A stretch of DNA of 45,028 bases from a virus (IMGVR_UViG_3300031519_000043:1-45028); one strand, 5' to 3'; shown: positions 1-10,913, counted from the first letter of the stretch. The notes: generated by a model not told the origin, from the letters alone. A program made the numbers and translations.

Positions 1-10
1 GCAACATAAA

Positions 11-232
11 ATGTCCAATTATTTAAAGGTAGAGGGTCATGAAAATTTAGTTCGGGATACTGGTAGTAATGCGATTATAAATAAGAATGTGAATGCATAT
101 GAGGTTGCAAAAAAACGAGCAGAGGAAGCACAGAGACAGAGGGATGAGATTCGTGAAACTAACAGAGAAATAAATACTTTGAAATCTGAGATGCACGAAA
201 TTAAATCTCTTTTACAACAATTAGTTAAATAG
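11..232 (+). CDS. Small hypothetical protein with coiled-coil C-terminus, of the type found in the baseplate/fibre region of marine T4-like phages
   Basis: 73-aa ORF; KVEGHENLVRD..SNAIIN N-terminus and heptad-like C-terminus; directly upstream of the fibre gene. Confidence 0.7.
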   Translation: MSNYLKVEGHENLVRDTGSNAIINKNVNAYEVAKKRAEEAQRQRDEIRETNREINTLKSEMHEIKSLLQQLVK

Positions 233-255
233 AACTGATACGGAGAATAAAATAA

Positions 256-3200
256 ATGTCATATCAATCACTTGATCTTGGTTCAACTGCTAATGATGGC
301 ACTGGCGATACACTTCGTGTATCAGGTGATAAAACTAATGATAACTTTAGTGAAATTTATACTTTACTTGGTGACGGCACAGACCTGTCAAGTGGTATCA
401 GTGCAACTGCAACAGTAGTAACTTTAACTGCGCCAACAATTTCTGGTGTGGTCGGTGGAACAATCACATCTGCCACAATTACAACTCTAACAGGAACGAC
501 TTTTAACGCTGGAACTCTTGCATTAGCTGCTGGTTCTATTACAGACAGTTCTGGTGCGATTAGTTTTGGTAATGAGAACCTAACAACAACAGGATCAGTT
601 ACAGCTGCGTCATTAGACATATCTGGTAATGTTGATATAGATGGTACACTCGAAACCGATGCACTAACAATTGATGGTGTTTCACTGGCAGAAACTATTT
701 CTGATACCGTTGGTGCAATGGTTAGTTCCAATACAGAAACAAATATCACAGTAACCTATGACGATGCAGATAACACATTAGATTTTGTTATTGGTACGCT
801 CAATCAGAGTACATCAGGAAATGCGGGCACTGCTACCGCACTGGAAACTGCTAGAACTATTCATGGTGTGTCATTTGATGGTACTGCTAATATTGATCTT
901 TCTGAAGTCGTACAAGATACAGTTGGAGCAATGTTCTCTAGTAATACAGAGACAAACATTACTGCAACATATCAGGACTCAGATGGAACCATAGACCTTG
1001 TTATTGGTACACTCAATCAGGACACAACTGGAAATGCGGCCACGGCCACTGCACTTGAAACTGCTAGAACAATTGGCGGTGTTTCGTTTGATGGTACTGC
1101 AAATATTAATTTACCGGGTGTCAATTCTGCTGGTAACCAAAATACAACAGGTAGTGCTGGAACTCTAACTACCGCAAGAACTATCGGTGGAACCTCATTT
1201 GATGGTTCTGCAAATATTGCAGTAGCGTTAGCAACACTTGCTACTACTGTTACTATCACGGATAATGAATCTACGAACGAGAACAATGCGATCATCTTCA
1301 CTGCTGGCGGTGATGTTGATGGTGGTAACTTAGGTCTAGAATCAGATGGAACATTAACATATAATCCAAGCACAGGTAAAGTAACTGCAACTGGATTTGT
1401 AGGAACACTAACTGGTAATGTAACAGGCAATACATCTGGTACAGCCGCAACTGTTACAGGTGCAGCTCAAACAAATATTACTTCAGTAGGAACACTAACT
1501 GCACTACAAGTTGATAACATCAATATCAATGGTAATGCTATTACGAGTACTGCTGGTACTGACTTAACAATTACTCCAGTTGCAGGACAACAGATTGTTC
1601 TTGATGGTACGATTGTCATTGACGCTGGTGTGGTTACAGGTGCAACAAGCATTACTTCTACTGCATTTGTTGGTGATATAACTGGTGATGTTACAGGTAC
1701 AGCCGATGTTGCAACAGTTGCTACTACTGTTACTATTACTGATAATGAAAGTACAAATGAAAGTAATGCCCTTATCTTTACTGCTGGTGGGGATGTTGAT
1801 GGCGGTAATCTTGGACTAGAGTCAGACGGAACTTTAACATACAACCCAAGTACAGGTAAAGTAACTGCTACAGGATTTGTAGGAACATTAACTGGTGCTG
1901 TTACAGGTGATATAACTGGTGATGTTACGGGTAATGCTGATACAGCAACTACACTTGCGACTGCTAGAACTATCGGTGGAACCTCGTTTGATGGTTCTGC
2001 AAATATTGCGGTAGCACTAGCTACACTTGCTACTACTGCTACAGTCTCCGACAGTACTGCAAACACAAACTTTCCTGTGGTCTTCAACAATGAGTCGAAT
2101 GCTCTGTTGGATGATACAGGTGCATTGCGTTACAACCCAAGCACAGGAACATTACTTGTTCCAAATCTTGTTGTAGCAGGAACAACAACAACTGTTGATA
2201 CAGTTACTATGGAAGCAGCAAACGCAATCATTTTTGAAGGCGCAACTGCTGACGCACACGAAACTACGCTTACTATCGTTGATCCTACAGCTGATAGAAC
2301 AATTAACTTGCCTAATCAATCTGGTACTATTCCAGTATTGGCAGCTGCAAGCAATACTGCAATTACATCGACTCCAGCAGAGTTGAATAAACTAGATGGT
2401 GCAACGGTTGTTGTAGGTGAAATTAATGCATTGGATTTGGGTTCAACTGCCGTTGGTATTGCTATCGCAAGTAAAGCAGTTGTTCTAGACTCCAGTAAAG
2501 ATTATACAGGTATAAGAAATCTTACCATCTCTGGTGAAATTGATGCTGCAACTGGTGACTACTCAGGTGCGGTAGACATTGCAGGAGCAACAACAACCGC
2601 TGCTATAACTGCTAGTGGTATTATCAAAACTGATGATACTACTGCTGCAACAAATACTACAGATGGTTCGCTGCAAACTGATGGTGGTCTATCGGTTGCT
2701 GCTGATGCAGTTATTGGTGATGACTTATTCTTACTTAGTGACGCTGCTGTATTAACTTTTGGTGCAGACAAAGATGTGACTTTGACACATGTTGCTGATG
2801 CAGGAATAATGATTAATGCTGCAATGCAACTTCGTTTTCGTGATAGCGCAATTAGTATTGGTTCACCAGCAGATGGTGATCTAGATATCAATGCCGATGA
2901 TGAAATAGAACTCAATTCAACCCTGATTGACATTAATGGTAATGTTGATATTAGTGGTACTACCTTAATGACTGGCGTCACAACGCACGGCGGCAATGTA
3001 GTTTCAGATACAGATTCTACAGATGATCTCGGCACCACGGGGGTACGCTGGCGGGCCTTATATGTCGATGCTATTACCGCAACTGACCAAATTACAGCCA
3101 CAGGATTTACTGGAACATTAGACGGCATTCTTGGTAGTGGTACGGCGGCGGCAGCAACTACTACTACTCTTGCTTCTACTACTATAACTGCTAGTGGAAT

Positions 3201-6200
3201 TATCAAAACAGATGATACTACTGCTGCAACTTCTACAACAGATGGTTCACTGCAAACTGACGGTGGTCTATCGGTGACCTTAGATGCAGTCATTGGTGAT
3301 GACTTAATCCTCCTTAGTGATGCTGCTGTTATTCATTTTGGCGCAGATAGTGATGTAACCTTGACACACGTTGCTGACACAGGGTTGCTTCTAAATGGTA
3401 CAAGTGTAATACAGTTCAACGATGCAAGTCAAAGTATCGGCGCACCTAGTAATGCAATACTTGACATTAACGCCACAGATGAGATTGAACTCAATGCAAC
3501 TCTCGTAGATGTAAATGCTAACCTAGATGTAAGCGGTACATATCAGGGTGGTGGAACAATGACCACTGGTGGCAACATTGTCATTCCTGATGCTGGAACA
3601 ATCGGTTCAGCCTCTGACGCTGATGCAATTGCAATTGGTTCGGATGGTGATGTAACACTTACACAAGACTTGGAACTTCAACATGATGGTGCAATCTTGT
3701 CCTTTGGTGCCAATGATGATGTAACTCTGACGCATGTTCATGACACAGGACTATTACTCAATAGCACAATGGCAATTCAATTTAATGATGCGTCACAATT
3801 TATTAATGCACCTAGTGCAACAGTTCTTGATATTAACGCAACCGATGAAATCGAACTAAATGCAACTCTAGTAGATGTAAACGCAAACCTTGATGTAAGT
3901 GGAACTTACACTGGTGGTGGGACAATGACTACTGGTGGTAGCATTGTTATACCCAATGCGGGCAATATCGGTTCTGCTGGTGATACAGACTCCATTGCAA
4001 TTGCTTCTAACGGTGTAGTAACCTTTAGTCAAGCACCAGTATTCCCTGACGGGTCCATTGCAGTTGCTGATCTAGATATTGATGGTGCAACCGATATCGG
4101 TGCTGCGCTTGCTGATGCTGACTTGTTCATTGTTGATGACGGTGCGGGTGGTACGAATAGAAAATCAACACTTTCAAGACTAAAAACTTATATGTCTGCC
4201 GGATCAACTACTGCCGCCGATGATATCGATGCTGGTGATGCAGCAGTTCTTATAACAACAAGTTCGGGTAATATCACAATTGATGCAGCCGCCAACGATA
4301 GTGATATTATCATCAAAGGAACAGATGGTGGTGCTGATACTACGTTCCTTACTATTGACGGCAGTGCAGCTGGCGAAGCAACCTTTAATGCTGGTATAGT
4401 AATGTCTACAATAGTTGCTAGTGGTATTATCAAAACCGATGATACAACTGCTGCAACAAGTACTACAGATGGTTCATTGCAGACTGACGGTGGACTATCA
4501 GTAGTCCTAGATGCAGTCATTGGTGATGACATCATCCTGATAAGTGATGCTGCTCAAATTGCCTTTGGTGTAAATTCAGAAATTACATTAGCTCATGTTC
4601 ATAATGTAGGGTTAACATTAACCCATGCCACTGCTGGTGATAATCTTCCTATTGTTCTACAGTTGAAGTCTGAAGAAGACATTATTGTTGCGAATGAAGT
4701 GATTGCTTCAATTGAGTTTGCTGCCGGTGACTCAGATGGTACTGACGGTGCCACGGTTGCTGCTGGTATTCACGCAATCGCAGAAGATACATTCTCTGCT
4801 AGTGCCAATGCGACTAAATTGGTCTTTACCACTGGTGTGTCTGAAACTGCGGCCTCTAGTGCAACTGCGAAGGCAACGCTAAGTTCAATCGGTGACTTCA
4901 CTGTTGCTGGTGATTTGGTTATCAAGGATGGTGGTACAATTGGTTCTGCTAGTGACTTGGATGCTATAGCGATTGCTTCTGATGGTGTTGTTACTATGAA
5001 TCAGATACCAGTATTCAGTGCAGGTATTAATGTTTCTAGTGGTACTATTGCAGGAACACTTTCTACTGCCGCACAGGGTAATGTTACGTCACTTGGAACA
5101 CTGACAGCACTGACCGTTGATAATATTATTATCAATGGGGCAAATATCGGACATACTTCAGATACAGACTCCATTGCGATTGCTTCTAACGGTGTTGTAA
5201 CATTTTCACAGGCTCCAGTATTCCCCGATGGTTCTATTGCAGTTGCTGATCTAGACATCGATGGCGCAACTGATATTGGTGCTGCTGTCGTTGATGCAGA
5301 TTTGTTTATCATTGATGATGGTGCTGGTGGTACGAATAGAAAGGTTACTGCTGCAAGAATTAAAACTTACACAAATGCTGGAGTATCCTCAGCCGCAGAT
5401 GATATTAGTGCGGGTGATGCCGCAGTTGTTATATCAACAAGTTCTGGTAATATTACGATTGATGCTGCAGCAAATGATTCTGACATTATTCTCAAGGGAA
5501 CAGATGGTACTGTAGATACAACATATCTAACGATTGATGGTAGTGCTGCTGGTGCTGCGGCATTCAACTCTACTGTTACTGCTACAGGGTTCATAATCGG
5601 TAGTGCAAGCATTGTTGAGGCAGAACTAGAACTACTTGATGGTGTAACTGCTGGTACAGCAATTGCATCTAAAGTAGTCACTACAGATTCAAGCAAAGAT
5701 ACAACGGGACAAAGAAATCTTACAATTTCTGGAGAAATTGATGCTGCAACTGGTGACTTCTCAGGTGCGGTAGACATTGCTGGCGCTACAACAACTGCTG
5801 CCATAACCGCTAGTGGTATTCTTAAAACTGATGATGCTACAGAAGCAACCTCTACTACAAACGGTTCATTACAGACTGATGGTGGCTTATCTGTAGTCAA
5901 AGATATCGTTGCTGGTGATGACATCAAGCTTCTATCAGACGCTGCTGTTGTAGCATTTGGTGCAAACTCCGAAATTACTCTTACTCATGTTCATAATGTT
6001 GGACTTACATTAACTCATGTTACTGGCGGCAATGATAACATACCAGTTGTTTTCCAATTGAAATCTGAAGAAGATGCAATTGTAGCAAACGAGGTTATTG
6101 CATCTCTTGAGTTTGCTGCTGGTGATTCTGATGGCACAGATGGTGCTAACGTTGCAGCGGGTATCCATGCAATTGCTGAAGGAACATTCCAAGCTAGTAC

Positions 6201-9200
6201 CAATCCGACTAAATTGGTCTTTACCACTGGTGTGTCTGAAACTGCTGCATCCTCTGCAACTGCGAAGGCAACACTAAGTTCCATTGGTGACTTCACTGTT
6301 GCTGGTGACTTGATTATCAAAGATGGTGGTACAATTGGTTCTGCCAGTGACTTGGATGCCATTGCTATTGCATCTAACGGTGTAGTTACATTTAGTCAGA
6401 TACCAGTTATGCCAGCAAACTCCATCGACAGTGATGAATATATTGATGGTTCTATCGATACCGCACATATTGCAGATAACCAAATTACACTTGCAAAGAT
6501 GGCTGGAATTGCACGGGGTAAGATTATATATGGTGATGCAAGTGGCGATCCTGCTGTACTAACAGCCGGGAGCAATGGACAAGTATTAACATCAGATGGT
6601 ACAGATATTTCTTGGACTGCTAGTCATGCTGAAACTGTTGTAGTCTCCGATAGCACTGCGAATACGAACTTCCCAGTGGTCTTCAACGATGAATCTAATG
6701 CACTTTTGGATGATACTGGTGCATTGCGTTACAACCCAAGCACAGGTACATTACTTGTTCCAAATCTTGTTGTAGCAGGAACAACCACACAGGTTGATAC
6801 GGTTACTATGGAGGCAGCAAACGCTGTTGTGTTTGAAGGTGCAACTGCTGACGCACATGAAACAACTCTTACAATCGTTGACCCAACTGGTGATAGAACA
6901 ATCAATCTACCAAACGTGAGTGGTACAATTCCTGTACTTGCTGCCGCATCAAATACTGCAATTACATCTACTCCTGCTGAACTGAATATCCTAGACGGTG
7001 CAACAGTTGTCGTTGGAGAAATCAATGCTCTTGATATTGGTTCAACCGCAGTAGGTACAGCAGTAGCTAGTAAAGCGGTTATCCTAGACTCAAGTAAAGA
7101 TTACACAGGAATAAGAAACCTTACCATCTCTGGAGAGATAGATGCTGCCACAGGTGATTATTCTGGTGCGGTAGACATTGCAGGAGCAACAACAACTGCT
7201 GCCATAACTGCAAGTGGTGTTATCAAAACTGATGATGCCACAGATGCAGGATCAACATCGGGTGGTTCACTACAGACTGATGGTGGGTTAGGTGTTGTCA
7301 AAGATATATGTGCGGGCAATGATATGCACTTCCTGTCTGATGCAGCCCAAATTAGATTTGGTGCTAACTCAGAAGTTACACTAACTCATGTACACGATAC
7401 AGGATTGTTGCTTAATACTAATATGCAACTCCAGTTCCGTGATTCTGGAATCAACATTAGGTCAGATAGTAACGGTGACCTAGATATTAACGCTGAGGAT
7501 GAGATAGAACTTAACTCAACTTTGATTGATGTCAATGGTAACCTAGATGTTTCTGGTACAGGTGTTATTGCTGGTGCCTTGACTTCAGCTGCATTTACTG
7601 CGAGTGGTATTATCAAAACCGATAATACAACTGCTGCAACATCTACAACAGATGGTTCATTGCAGACTGATGGTGGTTTGTCTGTTGCGGCTGATGCAGT
7701 TATTGGTGATGACCTGTTTATGCTCAGTGATGCTGCTGTATTAACTTTTGGTGCAGACAAAGATGTGACTTTGACGCATGTTCATAATATAGGGTTGTTG
7801 CTCAACGCCGCAATGCAACTTCGTTTTCGTGATAGCGCAATCGCCATTCATTCGCCAGCAGATGGTGACTTGGATATCAATGCTGACGATGAGATAGAAC
7901 TTAACTCAACCCTAATTGATGTCAATGGTAATCTAGATGTTTCTGGTACAGCTGTTATTGCAGGAGCAACAACAACTGCTGCCATAACCGCTAGTGGTAT
8001 TATCAAAACAGATGACACTACTGCTGCAACTTCTACAACAGATGGTTCACTACAAACTGATGGTGGTCTATCGGTTGCTGCTGATGCGGTTATTGGTGAT
8101 GACCTGTTTATGCTTAGTGATGCTGCTGTAATAACTTTTGGTGCAGACAAAGATGTAACCCTTACGCATGTTGCCGACACCGGACTATTACTTAACGGTA
8201 CAAGTGTAATCCAGTTCAACGATGCAAGTCAAAACATTGGCGCACCTAGTGGTGCAGTACTTGACATTAACGCCACAGATGAGATTGAACTCAATGCAAC
8301 TCTGATTGATGTCAATGGTAATCTTGATGTATCAGGCACAATAGTTGGTGCTGGTGCAATCACTGGTGGTGGTTTGTTGACCACTGGTGGAAACATTGTT
8401 ATTCCTAACGCTGGTAATATTGGTTCGGCATCTGATACTGATGCAATAACAATTTCTTCCGGTGGTGTAGTTGCTGTAACTGCAACGACTGCTTCAACTA
8501 GTGCTACATCTGGTGCATTGACAGTTGGAGGTGGTGCGGGTATTGCTGCTGACCTTAGTGTTGGTGATGACTTATTCATGCTCAGTGATGCTGCTGTAGT
8601 AACTTTCGGTGCAGATAAAGATGTAACCCTTACGCATGTTGCTGATACAGGACTTCTTTTGAATGCTGCAATGGTAGTTCAGTTCCGTGACTCTGCTATC
8701 AACATTGGTTCTCCAGCAGATGGTGACTTGGATATTAATGCTGACGATGAGATAGAACTTAACTCAACTTTGATTGATATCAATGGTAATGTTGAAATTA
8801 GTGGCACAGCTGCTATAACAGGCATTGCAACTTTCACTGATGATATAATTATAGGCGATGGTAAAACTATTGGTTCTGCTTCAGATGTAGATGCCATTGC
8901 AATCGCTTCTAACGGTGTTGTAACCTTTAGTCAGGCACCAGTGTTCCCTGATGGGTCTATCGCAATTGCTGACCTTGATATAGACGGCGGTACAGATATT
9001 GGTGCTGCTATCGTTGATGCAGACTTGTTCATTGTCGATGACGGCGCTGGTGGTACAAATAGAAAAACTACTGCGGCGAGACTTAAAACATATATAGATG
9101 CAGCTGCAGCACCAGTGCAATTGCTTATTAAAGACGTTGATGACGCAGTAATAGCGATTCGTGTCGGACTGGCCAGTGGGGGGACAGATGTAGAAATCCA

Positions 9201-9273
9201 GAACTCTGCTGGTACAGCATTGAAATCTATGACAGGCGCATTTACATATGCCGACGCAGCGTTAGCAGCATAA
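256..9273 (+). CDS. Giant (3005 aa) tail fibre/virion adhesin with T4 gp9/gp10-like N-terminal baseplate-anchor motif
   Basis: SD GGAGA upstream; N-terminal LGSTANDGTGDTLR..GDKTNDNFSEIY motif; T/G/A/D/S-rich; fibre motifs ARTIGGTSFDGSANI, YNPSTG, SIDSDEYIDGSIDTAHIAD, GSNGQVLTSDG; many internal repeats. Confidence 0.85.
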   Translation: MSYQSLDLGSTANDGTGDTLRVSGDKTNDNFSEIYTLLGDGTDLSSGISATATVVTLTAPTISGVVGGTITSATITTLTGTTFNAGTLALAAGSITDSSGAISFGNENLTTTGSVTAASLDISGNVDIDGTLETDALTIDGVSLAETISDTVGAMVSSNTETNITVTYDDADNTLDFVIGTLNQSTSGNAGTATALETARTIHGVSFDGTANIDLSEVVQDTVGAMFSSNTETNITATYQDSDGTIDLVIGTLNQDTTGNAATATALETARTIGGVSFDGTANINLPGVNSAGNQNTTGSAGTLTTARTIGGTSFDGSANIAVALATLATTVTITDNESTNENNAIIFTAGGDVDGGNLGLESDGTLTYNPSTGKVTATGFVGTLTGNVTGNTSGTAATVTGAAQTNITSVGTLTALQVDNININGNAITSTAGTDLTITPVAGQQIVLDGTIVIDAGVVTGATSITSTAFVGDITGDVTGTADVATVATTVTITDNESTNESNALIFTAGGDVDGGNLGLESDGTLTYNPSTGKVTATGFVGTLTGAVTGDITGDVTGNADTATTLATARTIGGTSFDGSANIAVALATLATTATVSDSTANTNFPVVFNNESNALLDDTGALRYNPSTGTLLVPNLVVAGTTTTVDTVTMEAANAIIFEGATADAHETTLTIVDPTADRTINLPNQSGTIPVLAAASNTAITSTPAELNKLDGATVVVGEINALDLGSTAVGIAIASKAVVLDSSKDYTGIRNLTISGEIDAATGDYSGAVDIAGATTTAAITASGIIKTDDTTAATNTTDGSLQTDGGLSVAADAVIGDDLFLLSDAAVLTFGADKDVTLTHVADAGIMINAAMQLRFRDSAISIGSPADGDLDINADDEIELNSTLIDINGNVDISGTTLMTGVTTHGGNVVSDTDSTDDLGTTGVRWRALYVDAITATDQITATGFTGTLDGILGSGTAAAATTTTLASTTITASGIIKTDDTTAATSTTDGSLQTDGGLSVTLDAVIGDDLILLSDAAVIHFGADSDVTLTHVADTGLLLNGTSVIQFNDASQSIGAPSNAILDINATDEIELNATLVDVNANLDVSGTYQGGGTMTTGGNIVIPDAGTIGSASDADAIAIGSDGDVTLTQDLELQHDGAILSFGANDDVTLTHVHDTGLLLNSTMAIQFNDASQFINAPSATVLDINATDEIELNATLVDVNANLDVSGTYTGGGTMTTGGSIVIPNAGNIGSAGDTDSIAIASNGVVTFSQAPVFPDGSIAVADLDIDGATDIGAALADADLFIVDDGAGGTNRKSTLSRLKTYMSAGSTTAADDIDAGDAAVLITTSSGNITIDAAANDSDIIIKGTDGGADTTFLTIDGSAAGEATFNAGIVMSTIVASGIIKTDDTTAATSTTDGSLQTDGGLSVVLDAVIGDDIILISDAAQIAFGVNSEITLAHVHNVGLTLTHATAGDNLPIVLQLKSEEDIIVANEVIASIEFAAGDSDGTDGATVAAGIHAIAEDTFSASANATKLVFTTGVSETAASSATAKATLSSIGDFTVAGDLVIKDGGTIGSASDLDAIAIASDGVVTMNQIPVFSAGINVSSGTIAGTLSTAAQGNVTSLGTLTALTVDNIIINGANIGHTSDTDSIAIASNGVVTFSQAPVFPDGSIAVADLDIDGATDIGAAVVDADLFIIDDGAGGTNRKVTAARIKTYTNAGVSSAADDISAGDAAVVISTSSGNITIDAAANDSDIILKGTDGTVDTTYLTIDGSAAGAAAFNSTVTATGFIIGSASIVEAELELLDGVTAGTAIASKVVTTDSSKDTTGQRNLTISGEIDAATGDFSGAVDIAGATTTAAITASGILKTDDATEATSTTNGSLQTDGGLSVVKDIVAGDDIKLLSDAAVVAFGANSEITLTHVHNVGLTLTHVTGGNDNIPVVFQLKSEEDAIVANEVIASLEFAAGDSDGTDGANVAAGIHAIAEGTFQASTNPTKLVFTTGVSETAASSATAKATLSSIGDFTVAGDLIIKDGGTIGSASDLDAIAIASNGVVTFSQIPVMPANSIDSDEYIDGSIDTAHIADNQITLAKMAGIARGKIIYGDASGDPAVLTAGSNGQVLTSDGTDISWTASHAETVVVSDSTANTNFPVVFNDESNALLDDTGALRYNPSTGTLLVPNLVVAGTTTQVDTVTMEAANAVVFEGATADAHETTLTIVDPTGDRTINLPNVSGTIPVLAAASNTAITSTPAELNILDGATVVVGEINALDIGSTAVGTAVASKAVILDSSKDYTGIRNLTISGEIDAATGDYSGAVDIAGATTTAAITASGVIKTDDATDAGSTSGGSLQTDGGLGVVKDICAGNDMHFLSDAAQIRFGANSEVTLTHVHDTGLLLNTNMQLQFRDSGINIRSDSNGDLDINAEDEIELNSTLIDVNGNLDVSGTGVIAGALTSAAFTASGIIKTDNTTAATSTTDGSLQTDGGLSVAADAVIGDDLFMLSDAAVLTFGADKDVTLTHVHNIGLLLNAAMQLRFRDSAIAIHSPADGDLDINADDEIELNSTLIDVNGNLDVSGTAVIAGATTTAAITASGIIKTDDTTAATSTTDGSLQTDGGLSVAADAVIGDDLFMLSDAAVITFGADKDVTLTHVADTGLLLNGTSVIQFNDASQNIGAPSGAVLDINATDEIELNATLIDVNGNLDVSGTIVGAGAITGGGLLTTGGNIVIPNAGNIGSASDTDAITISSGGVVAVTATTASTSATSGALTVGGGAGIAADLSVGDDLFMLSDAAVVTFGADKDVTLTHVADTGLLLNAAMVVQFRDSAINIGSPADGDLDINADDEIELNSTLIDINGNVEISGTAAITGIATFTDDIIIGDGKTIGSASDVDAIAIASNGVVTFSQAPVFPDGSIAIADLDIDGGTDIGAAIVDADLFIVDDGAGGTNRKTTAARLKTYIDAAAAPVQLLIKDVDDAVIAIRVGLASGGTDVEIQNSAGTALKSMTGAFTYADAALAA
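2044..7240 (+). repeat. ~600-nt internal direct repeat in the fibre gene (copies at ~2044-2640 and ~6643-7240)
   Basis: Both copies encode VSDSTANTNFPVVFN.ESNALLDDTGALRYNPSTG...ITASG.IKTDD, differing mainly at synonymous positions. Confidence 0.9.
2605..8170 (+). repeat. Seven-copy dispersed module (ASGIIKTDDTTAATSTTDGSLQTDGGL.V..D...G.D...LSDAA...FG....TL.HV)
   Basis: GSLQTDGGL encoded near 2665, 3244, 4471, 5863, 7264, 7654 and 8044. Confidence 0.9.
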
Positions 9274-9293
9274 ATATAACAAGGATATGATTG

Positions 9294-10256
9294 ATGACAG
9301 TTAGAACACCAGTTTATTATAACGGAACAGATATTGTTAATATGACTGCAACTCATATTACTCAGTGGAAAACGTATATCGCATATTTGTATTCAACCGC
9401 CCCAACTGTAACAGTGACAGTTGTTAGTGGTAGTGGAACACTTTCTCCAACTATGGCTGATACCAGATTGCAAGCTGGTGCGGCAACTGTAAGTAGGACA
9501 TCTTCCTTCCTAAATGAAGCTGGAACTGCTGAACCCGCAACTGTGACTGTTAACTACGATAAAATAACTGGTCCAACATATGACACTTCATTGGGCGCAC
9601 AGGCGGATACAAGCAATATTGCTTTTCCAGCATACAAAGATGGTAATAATATAAAGGCAATGTCACTTACAGATTATGTGGATACTTTCATATATGCAAC
9701 TTTAGATGCAATGATAACGGCTAGTGAGAGTTCAGCGACAAATGGTACTTATACAATAGCAACATCTTCATCTGTCACTAATTATACAGAAGTTTCTGGT
9801 GCCAATACAGCAGTCTTTCTTGATACCCGTGCAGATACAAGTGCGTACAGTGCTGCTGGTATTCCAGAAACGCTTGATCAACCGTCTACCATCACAAGTT
9901 TTTTTGTACAAAGGGCTAGTTTTGGTAGAGTTTTTCCGTCAGTTGCCCCCCTATTAGTTGACGCCGATGGTAATCTAAATCAGGTTGACTTAACTAGTGA
10001 TACAACTTCTTTTAATGCAATCTTAAAGAATGATATTCGTTTTTATGCAGCAGAGGATACTGGTGGACATAAATTAAGTTATAACATTAATGGTTCTGGT
10101 AATACCAGAGGTACTGCTATGGTTGATACAAGACTAAATGGTGCTGGTAATTACCAGACCTTGTTAGCAAATATTAATGATTACCGTTCACAGGAGTTTC
10201 CCAATGGATCAGCTGCAACTATTAGCACATACACATTCAAGATTGTTCACGTTTAA
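9294..10256 (+). CDS. Putative virion structural protein associated with the fibre
   Basis: ~320 aa, T/S/A/G-rich beta-type composition; preceded by late-promoter-like CATAAATA (9269-9276) and AAGGA. Confidence 0.6.
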   Translation: MTVRTPVYYNGTDIVNMTATHITQWKTYIAYLYSTAPTVTVTVVSGSGTLSPTMADTRLQAGAATVSRTSSFLNEAGTAEPATVTVNYDKITGPTYDTSLGAQADTSNIAFPAYKDGNNIKAMSLTDYVDTFIYATLDAMITASESSATNGTYTIATSSSVTNYTEVSGANTAVFLDTRADTSAYSAAGIPETLDQPSTITSFFVQRASFGRVFPSVAPLLVDADGNLNQVDLTSDTTSFNAILKNDIRFYAAEDTGGHKLSYNINGSGNTRGTAMVDTRLNGAGNYQTLLANINDYRSQEFPNGSAATISTYTFKIVHV

Positions 10257-10262
10257 TAGTCT

Positions 10263-10270
10263 TATAAATA
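10263..10270 (+). promoter_or_regulatory. T4-type late promoter TATAAATA driving 10291 and the downstream enzyme island
   Basis: Exact gp55-dependent consensus in an intergenic gap, followed by SD AGGAG. Confidence 0.75.
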
Positions 10271-10290
10271 TATTATACAGGAGAAAATAA

Positions 10291-10899
10291 ATGGCATATT
10301 TGTGGTCAGATAAAGTTACAGATTTTTACTATAGTAATCCCGAATTGGATACTGTTTCAGTTTTGTGGACAGACCCAGATGATGGGGTTATACGAGAACA
10401 CTATATTAAGGTGGATGAGGAAGATGAGCAGTGGAGAGATTTTGTTGCAGAATTTTCTTATGAGGATATAGATAAGCGTACTCAGGTTCGTCATGAACAG
10501 TTTCGTGAAGAGTTTCGTGAGGCATTCCGTAATTATGCTCAGAGAGAAGATGTGTCCTTTGGTGATGCAGATGAAACTCAGTCAACTAATATTGATAATA
10601 ATATTGTTAATATTGAAGATATAATTATTAATTTAATTAACGAATTCGATGACTTCGATGTTACGAATGCTGACCAAAAAGAACAGTTGTTTAAGCTTAA
10701 ACTGAAAATATTTGAACAAGATATTGTGAAGAGCTCAGATTCAAACGATAAGTTCAAAAATGCAAAGACTTTTATTCGTAAGGTAGAAAATCCTATTGAT
10801 GCATTGTTGGGCTATATGGTATTTACAAATGGTGCTGAACTTAAATTATCCGACAGTGAAAAATTTGAAGTAGAGGGAGTGTATATCCCAATTAAATAA
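10291..10899 (+). CDS. Acidic hypothetical protein (possible fibre assembly partner)
   Basis: 202-aa ORF with strong SD (CAGGAG); no recognised catalytic motif. Confidence 0.6.
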   Translation: MAYLWSDKVTDFYYSNPELDTVSVLWTDPDDGVIREHYIKVDEEDEQWRDFVAEFSYEDIDKRTQVRHEQFREEFREAFRNYAQREDVSFGDADETQSTNIDNNIVNIEDIIINLINEFDDFDVTNADQKEQLFKLKLKIFEQDIVKSSDSNDKFKNAKTFIRKVENPIDALLGYMVFTNGAELKLSDSEKFEVEGVYIPIK

Positions 10900-10913
10900 T
10901 ATGGAGATTTGTT

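Noticed and set aside
76-83. TATAAATA inside the first ORF
   Set aside because: Could be a late promoter for the fibre gene, but it is intragenic and in AT-rich sequence, so it cannot be distinguished from chance
256-9273. Fibre repeats as diversity-generating retroelement TR/VR pairs
   Set aside because: No reverse transcriptase in the window; all copies are in-frame coding and the differences are mostly synonymous, not adenine-specific
357-9356. Many long minus-strand ORFs (up to 244 aa) opposite the fibre gene
   Set aside because: Shadow ORFs produced by the codon bias of the + strand gene; they repeat with its repeats and have no recognisable motifs
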